Source: Lingula anatina (taxonomy: Eukaryota > Animalia > Brachiopoda). From it: 64,000 nucleotides of DNA. Position 1 is the first letter of the stretch. Every line of letters starts with the position of its first letter. Made by a program: the position numbers and the translations under genes. Below are positions 1 to 12,560 of this stretch, piece by piece. The stretch is taken from assembly GCA_051362555.1 (NCBI GenBank), contig CM120648.1, positions 14,566,587 through 14,630,586 of the forward strand, in the 5' to 3' direction. The notes under the pieces are model-generated. The model saw nothing but the letters and a program-made list of their open reading frames with translations, searched no databases and was not told the origin of the DNA.

Positions 1-738
1 TAATTAAAGCAAAAATTTTATCGATAGATATTTTGTTTCTTGCAACACATAGCCCCCCCCCCCCCCAGAACGTGACGTACGGAAACCTCAATAAATCTGT
101 CTCATTTGAACTATTTATTCATCAAAGACTCAAAAATCAATTTAATAAATTACAAATGTATAAAAATGTATTTCACTGGGATACGTACTTTATTTTCGTA
201 TAGGGGGCCAACTTGCCCCAACCCTGGGGCCAACTTGCCCCGTGGCAAACCTGCCACTGCTTAGACTGCAGTGTTTTTCCTGTGCTGCGGTCTCGGACTC
301 ATTGTGACGGCTAGCACAAAATTCATGCGTTGTACATGGCAGGAAAGGTCTCAAAAAGTGTTAACTTTCGACCATTTTGCGCTTCCACAAAAAAAAAAAA
401 AAAAAAAGAACCGTCCTGTGTTGACGTGAAAAAAGTGGGCAGGGGGCTTTTAAAGCACCATTCTTTTTATATCCCGCGCTCCGACTGCCTTGGGCAGCCG
501 TAGGGGTGTGAGGAGGGGGCCTTCCCCCAATATATTTTGAAATATCCCATTGATGTTGTGATTTTGTCATGTAAACCAAATATTGGTCTTCAAAATGGAA
601 GATAGACTACCCAGTATGAATAAAATTAACAAATCTAGGCGGGACTAGTCTCTTTTGTAGACAGCGTATGGAGTATTGCTATCAACAAAAATTGCCCCGT
701 TCATAAGACGCGTTACTGTCTACCATTAAAAGACAGTT

Positions 739-906
739 CAGGGGCGGATTTAGGCCGTCTTCTGGGTCTTCTGGAAGACGGTCAGATTTTCAAGTTTACA
801 TTGTCAGCCATCTAATGTTTTCTGTCGGAAGACGGTCAAAAATGGAAGATGGATCAACAATGATAATTTGGAAGACTGTCAGAAAATATCTCTGGATCCG
901 CCCCTG
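739..906 (+). mobile_element. MITE, CAGGGGCGGAT-terminus (hAT-like) family, copy 1
   Basis: TIRs CAGGGGCGGAT...ATCCGCCCCTG; flanked by direct repeat CAGTT; homologous copies at 19429-19597 and 44326-44492. Confidence 0.8.
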
Positions 907-1885
907 CAGTTCAATAGAAAATGGAACGACTTTTTATATCAACCCTGTATCAATTTCTGATTCCCCAACGAGTAAATTCTGAACCATTCTTACGTATATA
1001 GAGCTTAAAATAGATTAAAATAAATGAAGAGAGCGAGAGAGGTTGAACAATAAGAATGGAACTATACGGCATTTCGGTACTAAGTTTACTTGTGAATGAC
1101 CCTTAAATCGGGGCTTAAGTAAGCTCAGTATCTGTGGGTATTTTTAAGGGCAAATTTGGGACAAAGGAAGCCAAGATATGAAGTTGCCTCGTACACAATT
1201 TTTTGAGTGCACTTCTTTTGTTTACGTACTAAAAGAGAGGAATGTCAAGACTCGCCTACCGCCCCCGGTTCTCCCCTTTGACTTATCTGCTGACAAACCG
1301 ACTTTTCTCGACCTGAGCTTAAAACTACGGAAGATTTTTACCTAAATTGGGTTATAGAAACAAGTTAAAGATGTTTCCACTGTGATAGATTAGATGAAAA
1401 AAATTACCGAGAGAAAAACGCTTCATTTTTAGCGGTATGAAACATTAATACTGCACGTAGAATATTAACTGCAAAAAGCATGCCAGGAAATCTATTACAT
1501 TATAATGTGCGCCTTCGAACAAAAAATTCATAGAATGTGCTAAATGAGGCAAAGCAAAGATGCTATTGTTAATGCTGACTTAATTTTGTTTTTACTTAAA
1601 AATGGAATAAAATAAATGAAATAAAAAAGTATCTTTTCAAGTAAATATTCAATCAAATATTAATTCTTATACGGCGTAGCAACCATTTTATATACTGTAT
1701 AATGAAAAGATAATATTTTACCTATCCGATGAAATACAGTATAAAATATTGAACGAACAACTTCAATAAATAAACCAAGAATTTCAAGTCTTTGATTAAA
1801 CCAGCCCGACTTATTCCACTATTAGTTTAATTTTCACACGCTATAGAAATCTGGAGTTTTTTTATACTTATGAAGTACTATTTAA

Positions 1886-2097
1886 AGCCCCCTTAACACT
1901 GGACGGCGTCCTTTCTGCGTCCAGCAGTACGGCCCCATTTGACAGTTTAAAAATTATAATACTTTACGTGCCGACAGCTGGCCGATCATTGAGCATTCAT
2001 TCTGATACAAAATCAATACTCATTCCTCCTTATTAAGACCACAGCGATGCCAAATTTCATGGTCGCAGAAAGGACGCCGTCCAGTGTAAAGGGGGTA
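1886..2097. mobile_element. MITE, probably PIF/Harbinger (Tourist-like)
   Basis: ~30-bp TIRs CCCCCTTAACACTGGACGGCGTCCTTTCTGCG / CGCAGAAAGGACGCCGTCCAGTGTAAAGGGGG; TAA on both flanks. Confidence 0.7.
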
Positions 2098-2789
2098 TAA
2101 CAAAATATCGCAGATTAAAGCTCGAAAGATTGTTAACGCATTGCATGAAATTGTTTTCAGTTTTAATTTGGCAGTTCTAATTGTGCAGTTTATCTAAAAA
2201 GATAAGTTTTCACGCACGCTCTTGTCAATATATAGCAACGGGCTACTTATTGCCCCGGTCCTTTATAAGAAACGAACAAAAGAGGTACTTTTTAATTTTA
2301 CCTGGCCACTAACATCATTATCTCGGCATTTTTTTCTCTCCGTAGCTCATGAGAAAAAGGCAAAGTTTTACTTTTCATACCATTCGTTTTTTAAATGGTC
2401 CAAAAATGTTCATTGGATGTAAAAGAACATGAATATGATTAAAGTAATATGTTCAGTTCGGACAAAAAGTTCCGATTTCGTACGAGCACCAAAGAAAGGG
2501 TCATGTATAGTCATTTTACATCATATCCAGAAAAAGAATGACAACTGATTTTTAGTACAATTAAATTGTGAAAGAACCCGGGAATCTTTCATGATGTTAA
2601 ATTTCAGTCTCTCGGTTGAAATAAAGACCCCGACGTTTTTTAACGAGCTGCAAAAAAAGAAAATAGAATGCCCCCTACCTGCAGAATGTTACATGTATTG
2701 TTATAGATAAGTATGAATCGAATTCAACCAGGCTAATTCAACTTTGATAGAACTTTGATGTCAAGCGTACACGACTATGAATGACAGTT

Positions 2790-3107
2790 TTTTAAACAAA
2801 CGTCAAACACAATTTCTACACTCTTCTCTCCGAACATGTAAAACTCCAACATCCTTTGATTGACAAGATGCCAATCAAACTCATTAGTTTTGATAATCGC
2901 TGTCAAGTAATAACAGCTTGATTGGCAGGTTATATAAACAAACGTCAATCAAATCATCACAGTAGATCCCTACAGTCGTCGAACACGTTTAGTTCATGCT
3001 TCCTACATCATTTGATTGACAAGGTGCCAATCAAATTCAGTTAGTTTCGATACTTGCTGTCAAGTAATAACAGCTTGATTGGCAGGTGATATAAACAAAC
3101 GTCAATC
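2790..3107 (+). repeat. Diverged ~150-bp tandem repeat; related copies at ~13620-13865
   Basis: Recurring AAACAAACGTCAA and TGTCAAGTAATAACAGCTTGATTG blocks at both loci. Confidence 0.65.
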
Positions 3108-5116
3108 ATCGCGCACTGTGATTTCTCTCGCTGTGAAACAGTGAGTACGCCGAAAGAGAGCGCTAAAATCTGAAGTTAGTAATTAAATATTTCAAAAGAA
3201 TATATGAAACATGTTTCCAAAACTAGTTCTCTTTCTGAACCCTTCAGCGTGTCTAATACGACACTCTAGATTACAAACTATTTTGTAAAAAGAAGAATGT
3301 AGCAAAAGAAACCAATTTAAAAACAGATTCAAGTAAAGAAATATGACATTTAGCGTTATTCTGGAGGTAGCGCATGGGTCATTTCAAAATTAGTACAACT
3401 ATGTGCCCCTGTATGTGCGTGGAAGAAGGAAGAATAAATGTTTTGCATTATGTGTGCATATTGACAGATTCTTTTACTGTCAAAGTCTGCTTTCCGCAAA
3501 ATAATAAATAAAGAAATAGAATGATACTAATTCATCTTCATTAAAGGTGACTTTTGTGTTGTGATTGAGGTAAGTGGTTTAATTCTTGCGGAGCTAAATG
3601 TTAGCAAGGACCTGTTATAATAAATGGATGGGAAACAAAAATATAACTGTAAACAAAAATATTACTATCTTATTTAACAAACAAACCGTGACTTCGCTCT
3701 TGTAACTTTTTTTTAGTATATTTTACTGCAGTAAAGAGTGGATAAAATAGTTCAAAACGCCCTCACCAGGGGCGTAGCCAGACCTTTTAAAATTGTACGC
3801 ACAGATTTTGAAAATTCCCAGGTACAGCCAATGTAGACTTACGCAAGAGTGTCATGTAGCTTTGTTTTCACCAGTAATAAAATAATTAAAGTTAAAATTA
3901 TTATTTCACCTAGAATCAAGGCTTTTTCAAGGATTGGGGTACAGGCCGTCCAAATTTGGGGGGGGGGGGTAAATTAAATGAAAATATATATTAAAAAAGA
4001 ATAAATCAAGGGGGAAGGGGGGTTATAAATGATCGATAACGATCTCTGGCTGAGTATGAATATGAATATTGGCTTTTCGTCTCGCTCGGTTAGCGAATGA
4101 TCTCCGGCTTACGATCTTCCGCGAACGAAGTCCCTTTGCTTTTCGTCTCTCTTGCCTTCGAGCGTGCCCCGAACCTGACACCAAGGGGTCAATCCCTAAA
4201 AAAATTGACCCCCTTCAAAAAGTTCTGGACCCGCCCTTGAACTACGGCTTACAGACACATAAACTTTGGGCGCCTTAGCAGATTATGCTTGCTTGCTTTT
4301 GTCGAGCTGAATTCCGAAAAACGGTAGTGTTCGATATGGTTTGCGGCAGTTATCTTCAGTTGTCAGAAAATAATCTGAAGAACAGTTGATCGTTGTAGAA
4401 TTATTACGTCTTCTTACTGTTCACTTCGTGATATCTAAATGGTCAATTTTCTAAAAGTTAAACTTGGTATCACCCAGCTTATATGCGGGTACATTGCTCC
4501 CAAATCAGCCAATTATATTACAGGATAAAGCTCTGATATATCTAATTTTAATTATTTCTTTGTGTAAGTTGTCCATGTCACCCTGTTAGTTTGGAGGGCT
4601 AAGTTGGATCAAGTACGTGTCAAAATTCTTTGAAGCTTTGCAGGAAAAATCTGCCTTTGTTTTTCTGGCTCCTTCTTATGCCCGATGTCCAGATTTTATT
4701 TAGTGCTCCCAAGTTTACTGGAGCTGAGCTTTGAAAATAACGCACATGTAAATTTTTACTTGAGATAAACATTGCCAGCGAAGGTGCGTTCGATACAAAC
4801 AAGACAAACCCTACCTGAGATTTGAAGGGCACTTAACGCTCCAATTAAGAGGTTAAGGATGTTCCAGCTAAATGGAAGATTAAGATAGGACTTTTGAAGG
4901 TAACTAGTATTGTTTACCTCAGTTCGGTGGAAGCAAACCAGAAGTGTCAGAACAATGGTGCGTACACAATTTATACAGAGGATTCAGGTGACTTCAACTT
5001 ACAATCAAAGGTGTTTTCGATTATATTCCGTGAAAAATACACTGAATTTATGGAGAATAATATCATGCTTGGCTCAAAAAATTGTACGCAGAGTGCATCC
5101 GTGCGTATGCTTGGTT

Positions 5117-5608
5117 AGGGGACGTACCGATAAAATTTAGTCCCAAAATATAACACGTCCCTATACTCCCGTTACCGATAGATACATAAGGGAAAAACTG
5201 AAAAAACGTCTTTTTAGATTTAAATACCGATAGATCCGATTTTTTACCACCGTCCTATATATTTGCGTTCCTATAGATACGACGTCCACATAAACCCACG
5301 TACTTATAAATCCACATACCTATAGATCCACGTATTTTTAGATCCAAATACCGATAGATCCATTACAGGTACACTATTGCTCAGAATGGTTGGTATACTA
5401 CTCAGTACATGAAATGCACTTTTTTAAAACGATTTATTATTCTATTAGATCATTTTTTACGCAATACTCGGGTAATTTACATTATATATGCATTATCTGA
5501 TAGAAATTTATGATTTCACTGGTTGTTTTGTCATTTTTATGTTACATTCATTTAGAGTTGATTACGAAGGCTTCTGACAGAAACCTTTTTCATAGCGATT
5601 TATCCCAG

Positions 5609-5640
<32 letters not shown>

Positions 5641-6900
5641 CACACCACCCCTGTCAATTAAGAACTCTGCAAAAGTTAATGAAATAATGTTAAGAGTTTT
5701 ACAAGTAAACCCTTCTTATTTTGTTTCATTTTATACTGTGTATGATTTATGTGGGCATTTGCACGAATGATTCTGCCTGATAACTGTCTTGTATACTTGA
5801 AAGAAACCATTACTGTATGGTTGACAAACATACCCAAAGTTTACAGGAAAAAATCGGCGTTAATTTATACAAGGAGTTATAACAGTTGTAACTGTTGTAA
5901 CTCCTTGATTTATATGTGTATAGAAGTTATTTACATTGATGAAGTTACGTGAGTACATTACGGAATGGAGTAAATGATAGTAAATGATAGTAAATGGTAG
6001 TAAATGATAGAAGTATAGACGTGAACGTACATGTATGTCTTGTTTGAACACCTGTAGAAGTTACGTCTACACCAGCAAAAATAACGTCAATACAGGCGTT
6101 GGGTTTACTCCTACATACTTTGGGTAGTTTTACCGACCACATTGCTGCGTTGTTCCCAAAGTTGCAGAACTCGCAAGGTGACTGAGAGTAAGTTTGAAGT
6201 ACAAGTAAACATGTCTCTTGCGTGTGAGTATTTTAGGTCTTTTCACCTTGGTCCAGCTAGCTGATTAACCACTAAATGAAAACAATACTCTTTGCTCCTA
6301 TCTCTCTCGCTTTTCCTTTCTTTTATCACAGGCGTGGGAAGTCAGTTTCCCTCTTTTGACACCGCATTCGGACTGAACTTGAATCCGTTTAGGCCTACTT
6401 CTGTTGAATTCTGATCATAGCATCTTAAGACATCGTAAGAAACTCAAACTAATTGTAAAAGTGTTCTTGGATAGTTTGGATTGATGATCTGGAACGAAAA
6501 TGGACTGGTAAAATTAAGTCCAGGAAAAATGCAGTTTAGCCGGGTGAAATTCGTTTTCTAAGGGAATTTGTGCCTTTTTTTAGAGCTTACCATACCTAAT
6601 AAATAATTAGTAATAAATATCAGGTTGTAATTAAGTCAGATCACTAAGTAGGTCAGTATTCGCAGTCAGACTATCACTCGAAAGACTCATACCTGTATCT
6701 CAAGTTGATATCGGCTTTTTAGCCGATTACGATGTCAGATAGATGGATTTAGCATTACCTGAATCTAAAGATACGTGGGTTTATAGGAATCTGTTGGTGA
6801 ATCTATAGGAACGTAAATTTAACGAGACGTAAACCTATTGAGACGCATCTATCGGGACGAATATTTATTAGGACGTTTATCTATATGGCGGACCCCCTTG
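5117..6900. mobile_element. Degenerate foldback-like element with long imperfect inverted arms
   Basis: ATTTGCGTTCCTATAGAT...ATAAACCCACGTA (5260-5303) mirrors TACGTGGGTTTAT...ATCTATAGGAACGTAAAT (6772-6818); arms built from GATAGAT-like subrepeats. Confidence 0.45.
5611..5640. repeat. (CA)n microsatellite
   Basis: Direct reading. Confidence 0.95.
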
Positions 6901-6973
6901 GGTAAGCCCCTGGACTCACAGCGCCGTTGGTTTTTGCGACTTCAGCTGCTGGGATTAGGTGAAGGGGAGAGGA

Positions 6974-7257
6974 CAGGGGCGGATCCAGAGTTATTAGAAG
7001 GGGGCAGAAAGACAGGCCTCGGATGCGAAGCCGACCATCGCCCCCTTGATGTGGAGTTTGGGGCCTGCTCAACGGCCCCGACAAAAATGTGATGTTTTGG
7101 AGAGCATACAGTATCCTTTGGTAAGGTTTTAAACTATGATTTAGCTAGTCAAAATTCTAATTAGTACTGGTATTGGTGGGATATATTTTTCAGAAACCGA
7201 AGGGGGGGGGGGGAGGGTCAGGACCCCCCTGACCCCCCCCCTCTAAATCCGCCACTG
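6974..7257. mobile_element. MITE-like element with CAGGGGCGGAT/ATCCGCCACTG ends
   Basis: Terminal inverted repeats visible; no TSD found. Confidence 0.5.
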
Positions 7258-7259
7258 AA

Positions 7260-7545
7260 TATAAGATCTTGAAAATTTGTGAAGTGCAGCTTTTGGTGAA
7301 AGGTAGGTGAAAGATCAATTTCAAGTTCACAAGAAGACTGTCAATACATATGAGTTCCTATTCAATTTCAGTAGTAACTATGGGCCTAACTTTGCCAGTT
7401 TTGGAGATATAAGAGTGGAAAAATTTGCGAAGTGCAGGTCATGGTGAAAAGTAGATCAAAGCTCAATTCCAAGATCACAGTTAGATTGCCAGTATATGAC
7501 TTCCTATTCAAGTTCAATAGTAACTAAGGTCGTATTTCTGCTAAT
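7260..7545 (-). repeat. Two diverged monomers of the 146-bp satellite seen at 56800-58665
   Basis: TGCCAGTATATGACTTCCTATTCAAGTTCAATAGTAACT and TGCCAGTTTTGGAGATA are reverse complements of the monomer. Confidence 0.8.
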
Positions 7546-7597
7546 TTTATTGTCCCCACTGAATATTGCGAAGTTGTATTTTTTGATAAAGCGGAAA

Positions 7598-8243
7598 AAC
7601 TAGACAACAAAGCTAACAAATATACAGACACCATACAGAAAACAAGGCAGCAAAGTTGACAAATGTTCAGACATTACGCAGAAAAAAGTGCACCAAATAA
7701 TGTTTTGGCCAATTTCGATGCACTGTTACACAATGCTTTTAAACTGCATAACCACTCTCCCCTATTACATTATGTACTGCAGGTAACATGGACATTGAAA
7801 AACTAGCAAGCCACTCAGTTCCATGGGAAATAAAAGCCATTGGAAATGCTAATGTGTGGAAAAAAAATCACAAAAAATACCGTAAATATTAACTGATCAT
7901 GCTGCTATTTTTGAAAGCAACTTTACCAAACAAAGTCACCCAGTAAAAAATTTAAAGTTAAGCAAAAATAAGGTTTGGCAGTTATGGGGCAAACCTCAGC
8001 ACAATTGTGCAAAAAAGCAGGATTATTACCGTAAATGTAAACTGATTGTGCCAATTTTTGAAAGCAACCTGATTCTTTGCCCAACAAAGACACTCAGTAA
8101 ATTTAAAGTAAAACAAAAATAGGGTTTGGCAGTTATGGGGCGAACGTCATGTGTCGGACAGCGATAGTGACGGCGACGACACGGACAGAAAGACCAATCA
8201 GAATATATACAGACACATAACTTACAGTGTCTGTATGTAAAAA
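7598..8243 (-). mobile_element. Non-autonomous Helentron-type (HINE/DINE-like) element, family A relative
   Basis: Minus strand: 5' hairpin ATACAGACAC..GTGTCTGTAT, CGTCGCCGTC tract, two ~149-bp units, 3' end TGTCTGAACATTTGTCAACTTTGCTGCCTTGTT matching family A ends. Confidence 0.6.
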
Positions 8244-8739
8244 TTGACACCACCTACAGTATTGCACTTGACAAGCTCTATAAAATGCAACAGACAAGAG
8301 GCCTCTAGCATTTACGGTTCCAGAATTAGAGAGAGTTTTTGTTTTCAGCATATAATGGCTGCTTCTCCCGTAATAATGCACCGATTGACCCCAAACTCAT
8401 GACAATGAAAGATGACCCTACACCTCCCCCTAATGTTATAGGTTAGGTCTGGGTAGTGAATCGAGTTAAGATATAATATTTAACCTAAATTCAAGAGATT
8501 GGTGCACGGGCTCTTGTAGTATAGGAGGAGAAGCTGTAACAGTGACGTGACAGTGAAGCTGGCGGATGAGACGGGTCGGGACTAAACGGGAAATAAAATC
8601 CTCAATTCACAAATCAATTCAATTCAATTCAATTCAATTAATTTTATTAAAGTCTCACCCATAGATACAATTAAAAACAATAAAAATTAAAACAGTCATC
8701 AGGCAGTTCTATACAGAGAACTATGAGAGACTAAAAGAA

Positions 8740-11700
8740 CTAATTACAGTTTAAATACATAAAATTTCTTCTTAATCCTAAGAAAAGGCTACAGGCTTTG
8801 GCAGTGCTAAAAATCATTTTTGGATCATCAATCAGGAAAAGAAATTTGCTAACTTCATCCAGTAGATCAAAATCCGGCTTAAAACATTTAGCAGTTCTAA
8901 TTAAATCAGTACGATAATCATTAAAAAATGGACAATTAATTAAAAAGTGAATCTCATCCTCAACACAACCTGATTCACAGAGTACACACGTTCTCTCCAG
9001 CACTGGAAGTTTTTCATACCGTCCAGTTTCTATTCTGAGTGGGGCCACCCCACATCTCAGCTTAGCCAATGCCCGCCGGTGCTTGAGTGATAAAGTTGGT
9101 TTCTTAATGTATTCACTAACTACCAAGTCTTGCTTAAACAGTCTGAATAGCCTCAGCTTATTTCCACCTCCATTTCTACGTGGGGTATCATCCCATAGCT
9201 TCGCCAACCAATCGGAGTGACATTCAAAAGCTACACTCTCCCTAACACAATTAAGTGTACTAGCCTTCGATATATCATTATCAGTTACGTATAAGTGGCT
9301 TACTCCTAGATCACTAAATTTACCTTTAACCCTAGTTATCCAATTTTTCTTTCCATTGTTTGATACACGTAAACTCCATAAAAACACCTTTTTAGTCAAC
9401 CTATTACAATCCATATTAGCTAATCTACACCAGAAATTTGTCACATTAATTATCTGCTTTTCAAAAGGCAAAATCCATCCCATTTCAGCACGGGTGGCAG
9501 CGGCTGGCGCGTACCTACCCACGCCCAAAAAATACCTACAAGCTCTATTGAAAACAGCATTAATCTGACTAAATTCCTGGAGTCCCCATATAGCAGAACC
9601 ATATTCTGACACAGGAGCTACAAGTGCATCGTATAATTTCGTAAAGCATGCATAGGGCATGCCCCCACATGCCTTGCATTTTGCAATCAGAAGACCTAAA
9701 GCTCTGCTTGCAGACTTAGCTATAGATGATACGGTCTTATTCACATCAAAGTGTTCAAAATACCACATACCCAAGTATTTATATTTCTCAACAATGTTTA
9801 CTGTAAAATTGCCACATTTAAAAACATAATTTGTTCTAGGTATTTTAGGTGACCTAAAATGAACTATCTGGGTCTTGTCCACATTCAGAGTCAACTGCCA
9901 TTTATAACACCACTTGTGCACCACATTAAGCATTGACTGTAAATCTTCCTCATTCTTGGCCAAAAGCACAACGTCATCTGCATAAAGAAGCGAGCAAATC
10001 AGCTCATCGTTTACATTAATGCCTTTACCCAGAGCTTTCAGATCATGTACCATTTCATTAATGTAAATGTCAAAAAGTAAAGGTGACAACAGGCACCCTT
10101 GTTTTACTCCAGTTTCAATATCAAAGAAACCTGTTGTATAGTTATTTACCCTAACACAGCACTTTGGGTTATCATATAAAGCCTGGAGGGAATTCATAAA
10201 ATTTCCGCATATTCCTAGTTTAAATAATTTATACCATAGAAGAGACCTATTAATTCTGTCGAATGCTTTTCTTGCATCGATGTAACAGGCATATATGCTC
10301 TGCTTTTGCTTTAAACTATTTTCTATTATACTGGACATTACATACATGTGATCTAAACACCCACGGTCTTGTCTAAAACCATTTTGCTCGTCAACTATTA
10401 TTTCATTATCTTCTGCCCACTTCGATAATCTCCTATTCAGAATAGATGTGTATATCTTATATATGCTAGATGATAATGTTATTCCTCTATATTCTAATGG
10501 GTTGCATGAATTAACACCACTACCTTTCGGTATGGGATTAATGACAGACCTAAGCCAATCACTAGGGACCACAGAATTAGCAAAACAGTACTTAAACAGG
10601 TTGTACAAAAATATAATAGTTGTATTGTTTTTTAAGACCTTCGAAGGCAGGTCATCAAGCCCGGGGCTTTTACCACACTTAGCACCATTAACTGCAAGCT
10701 CAACTTCTTTAAACGTAATATCAGTGTTAAGACTGGCACTCAAATCTGGTGTATCAAGTTCACCCTGTCTATAACTATAAAGTTTCTCATTAACCTGGGC
10801 TAAGAAAGATTTATCAAAACTATCACAATTTTTATCTGACACACTGAATAGACCTGCATAGTCATTTTGCCATTTCAATAAAACCTCAGTGATATCCGTG
10901 GAGACAGTTCCATCATCTCTCACTACTTCCATGGGAATGGTACTTTTTCTATCCTTCTGAATTCCGATGCGACCAATATCTCTCCAGAAGTTCCGTGGAT
11001 CACTGGTTTGTTTTTGTAAGAGTTCTTCTTGCGATTTACGCCAAAACTGGCGTTTAGCTCGTTGTTTAGCATGGTCAAAATCACGCCGTTTGCTTACATA
11101 ATCATTTTTTAATTGTAAAGAGATACTATTATTTGATTTCACTGATGACCAAAGCCGCTCCGAATCCCTGACATTTTCCCACATTATTTGAAGCTCATCG
11201 TTCCACCATTCTTTATTAGGTCTAAAATACTTCTTTGCCCGGGTGCTTCCACCGCCCACAGATCTATAAGGAAGTTTGGTTTTCATTTCACTCAGTAACA
11301 CAGATTTAAATTCATTATAAACATTATCAATATTTGATTGAGTGAGATCCATCGTGGGAATATTTTGTAACAAAGCATTAATTTTAAGAGAAATTCCATT
11401 AGAATTCATGAAGTCGCTTGGCACTGTATCCACATTAAACTTGTAATGAACTTCCGTTGGCACATGTGAATGGTGAGAGCTGTCAACTGCATTCCAAGGT
11501 GAGAGGTCGAATTCCCAGGAGAGCAGAGAATGGTCGGGTAAGGAACAGACCGGTCTTATGTCTAAAGCATTACATAATTCATTAACCCTTTGCACAGTAA
11601 AATTTTGAATCATAGGTAGGTTCTCATGTGTTGTAATGCAATAATCAACCACAGCATGACCTCGGGCTGACACAGATGTAAAGTCATTTTTAGATGCACA

Positions 11701-12334
11701 AGTATCGCGCCCATTAACAATGCAGCAGCTAGTGTTAATCAAAAAATCAAGTAACAAATCACCATATTGATTGGTAATAAAATCGATAGTGTTACGTTCA
11801 GGTAGAACATCCACCCCAGCAATAAAATCTTCATTACTGCCGCACCTGGCATTAAAATCACCACATATAAACAGCGGGCCTTTGTTCTGGTACAAGTAAA
11901 GGCTTGTTAACAAGTTATTAAAAAAGTCTGTTGGATTACTTCTGGGGGAACTGATTGGGGGCAAATAAGCAACACAAGCAAGGAAATTAAATGACCCTCC
12001 AGCATTTTTACTTGTCAGTTGTATCCAAAGGATACCATCAAAAGAGTCATCTAAAATATTAACATTAAAATCGTTTATGAGTTTCTTAGTAACTAAAAAT
12101 CCAACCCCCCCAGAGCCGGACCTAGCCCTGTTGTACATTGGTCTATTCTGGCCAAACCAAATGTAACCGTTGATATCAATCTTGTCGCAGTTACTAGAGC
12201 ACAGATGTGTCTCCGCTAATCCTATTATTTCTAGTTCCTGTTCGATAATTATGGATGACAGAATTGAATGTTTATCCTGATTGGAAGTCCAACCATTAAT
12301 GTTCCAAAAGCCTGCATGTTCTCCCTGCCTGTCC
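8740..12334 (-). CDS. LINE ORF2: AP endonuclease, reverse transcriptase and C-terminal CCHC-type motif
   Basis: FWNING, LAETH, GDFNAR and LPDH (APE); YRGITL, QNGFR, DARKAFD, GVKQGCLLSP, LLYADD, KYLG (RT); CVLC..EDEIHFLINC; frame open from 12334, first ATG at 12138. Confidence 0.95.
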
Positions 12335-12560
12335 TATCGCTCTGCCTGCCCGTACTGCTATCCTTATCACTCTGCTTGCCTGCCCTACTATCACTGTGTT
12401 CAAGCATCACGGAGGTACCTCTAATGTGGAGTTTCCCTTTCCCTGAGTTAATATGGTTCACAATTGCACGGATATTGTTACTTGTTCTACGCTGATCTGC
12501 AGTTGTGAATTCCTCTATGTATACATTTTTAAAGTTCCTTGAATTTTTTAGCAGTTTTTT
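12249..12560 (-). pseudogene. LINE ORF1 C-terminal fragment (5'-truncated)
   Basis: Open frame KKLLKNSRNFKNVYIEEFTTADQRRTSNNIRAIVNH...QFCHP* directly upstream of and overlapping ORF2. Confidence 0.6.

Noticed and set aside
3766-4240. Possible further MITE ends (CAGGGGCGTAGCC; GGACCCGCCCTTGA)
   Set aside because: Could not pair the termini or find a TSD
9356-10774. Plus-strand ORFs within the LINE
   Set aside because: Antisense shadows of ORF2 with no recognisable motifs
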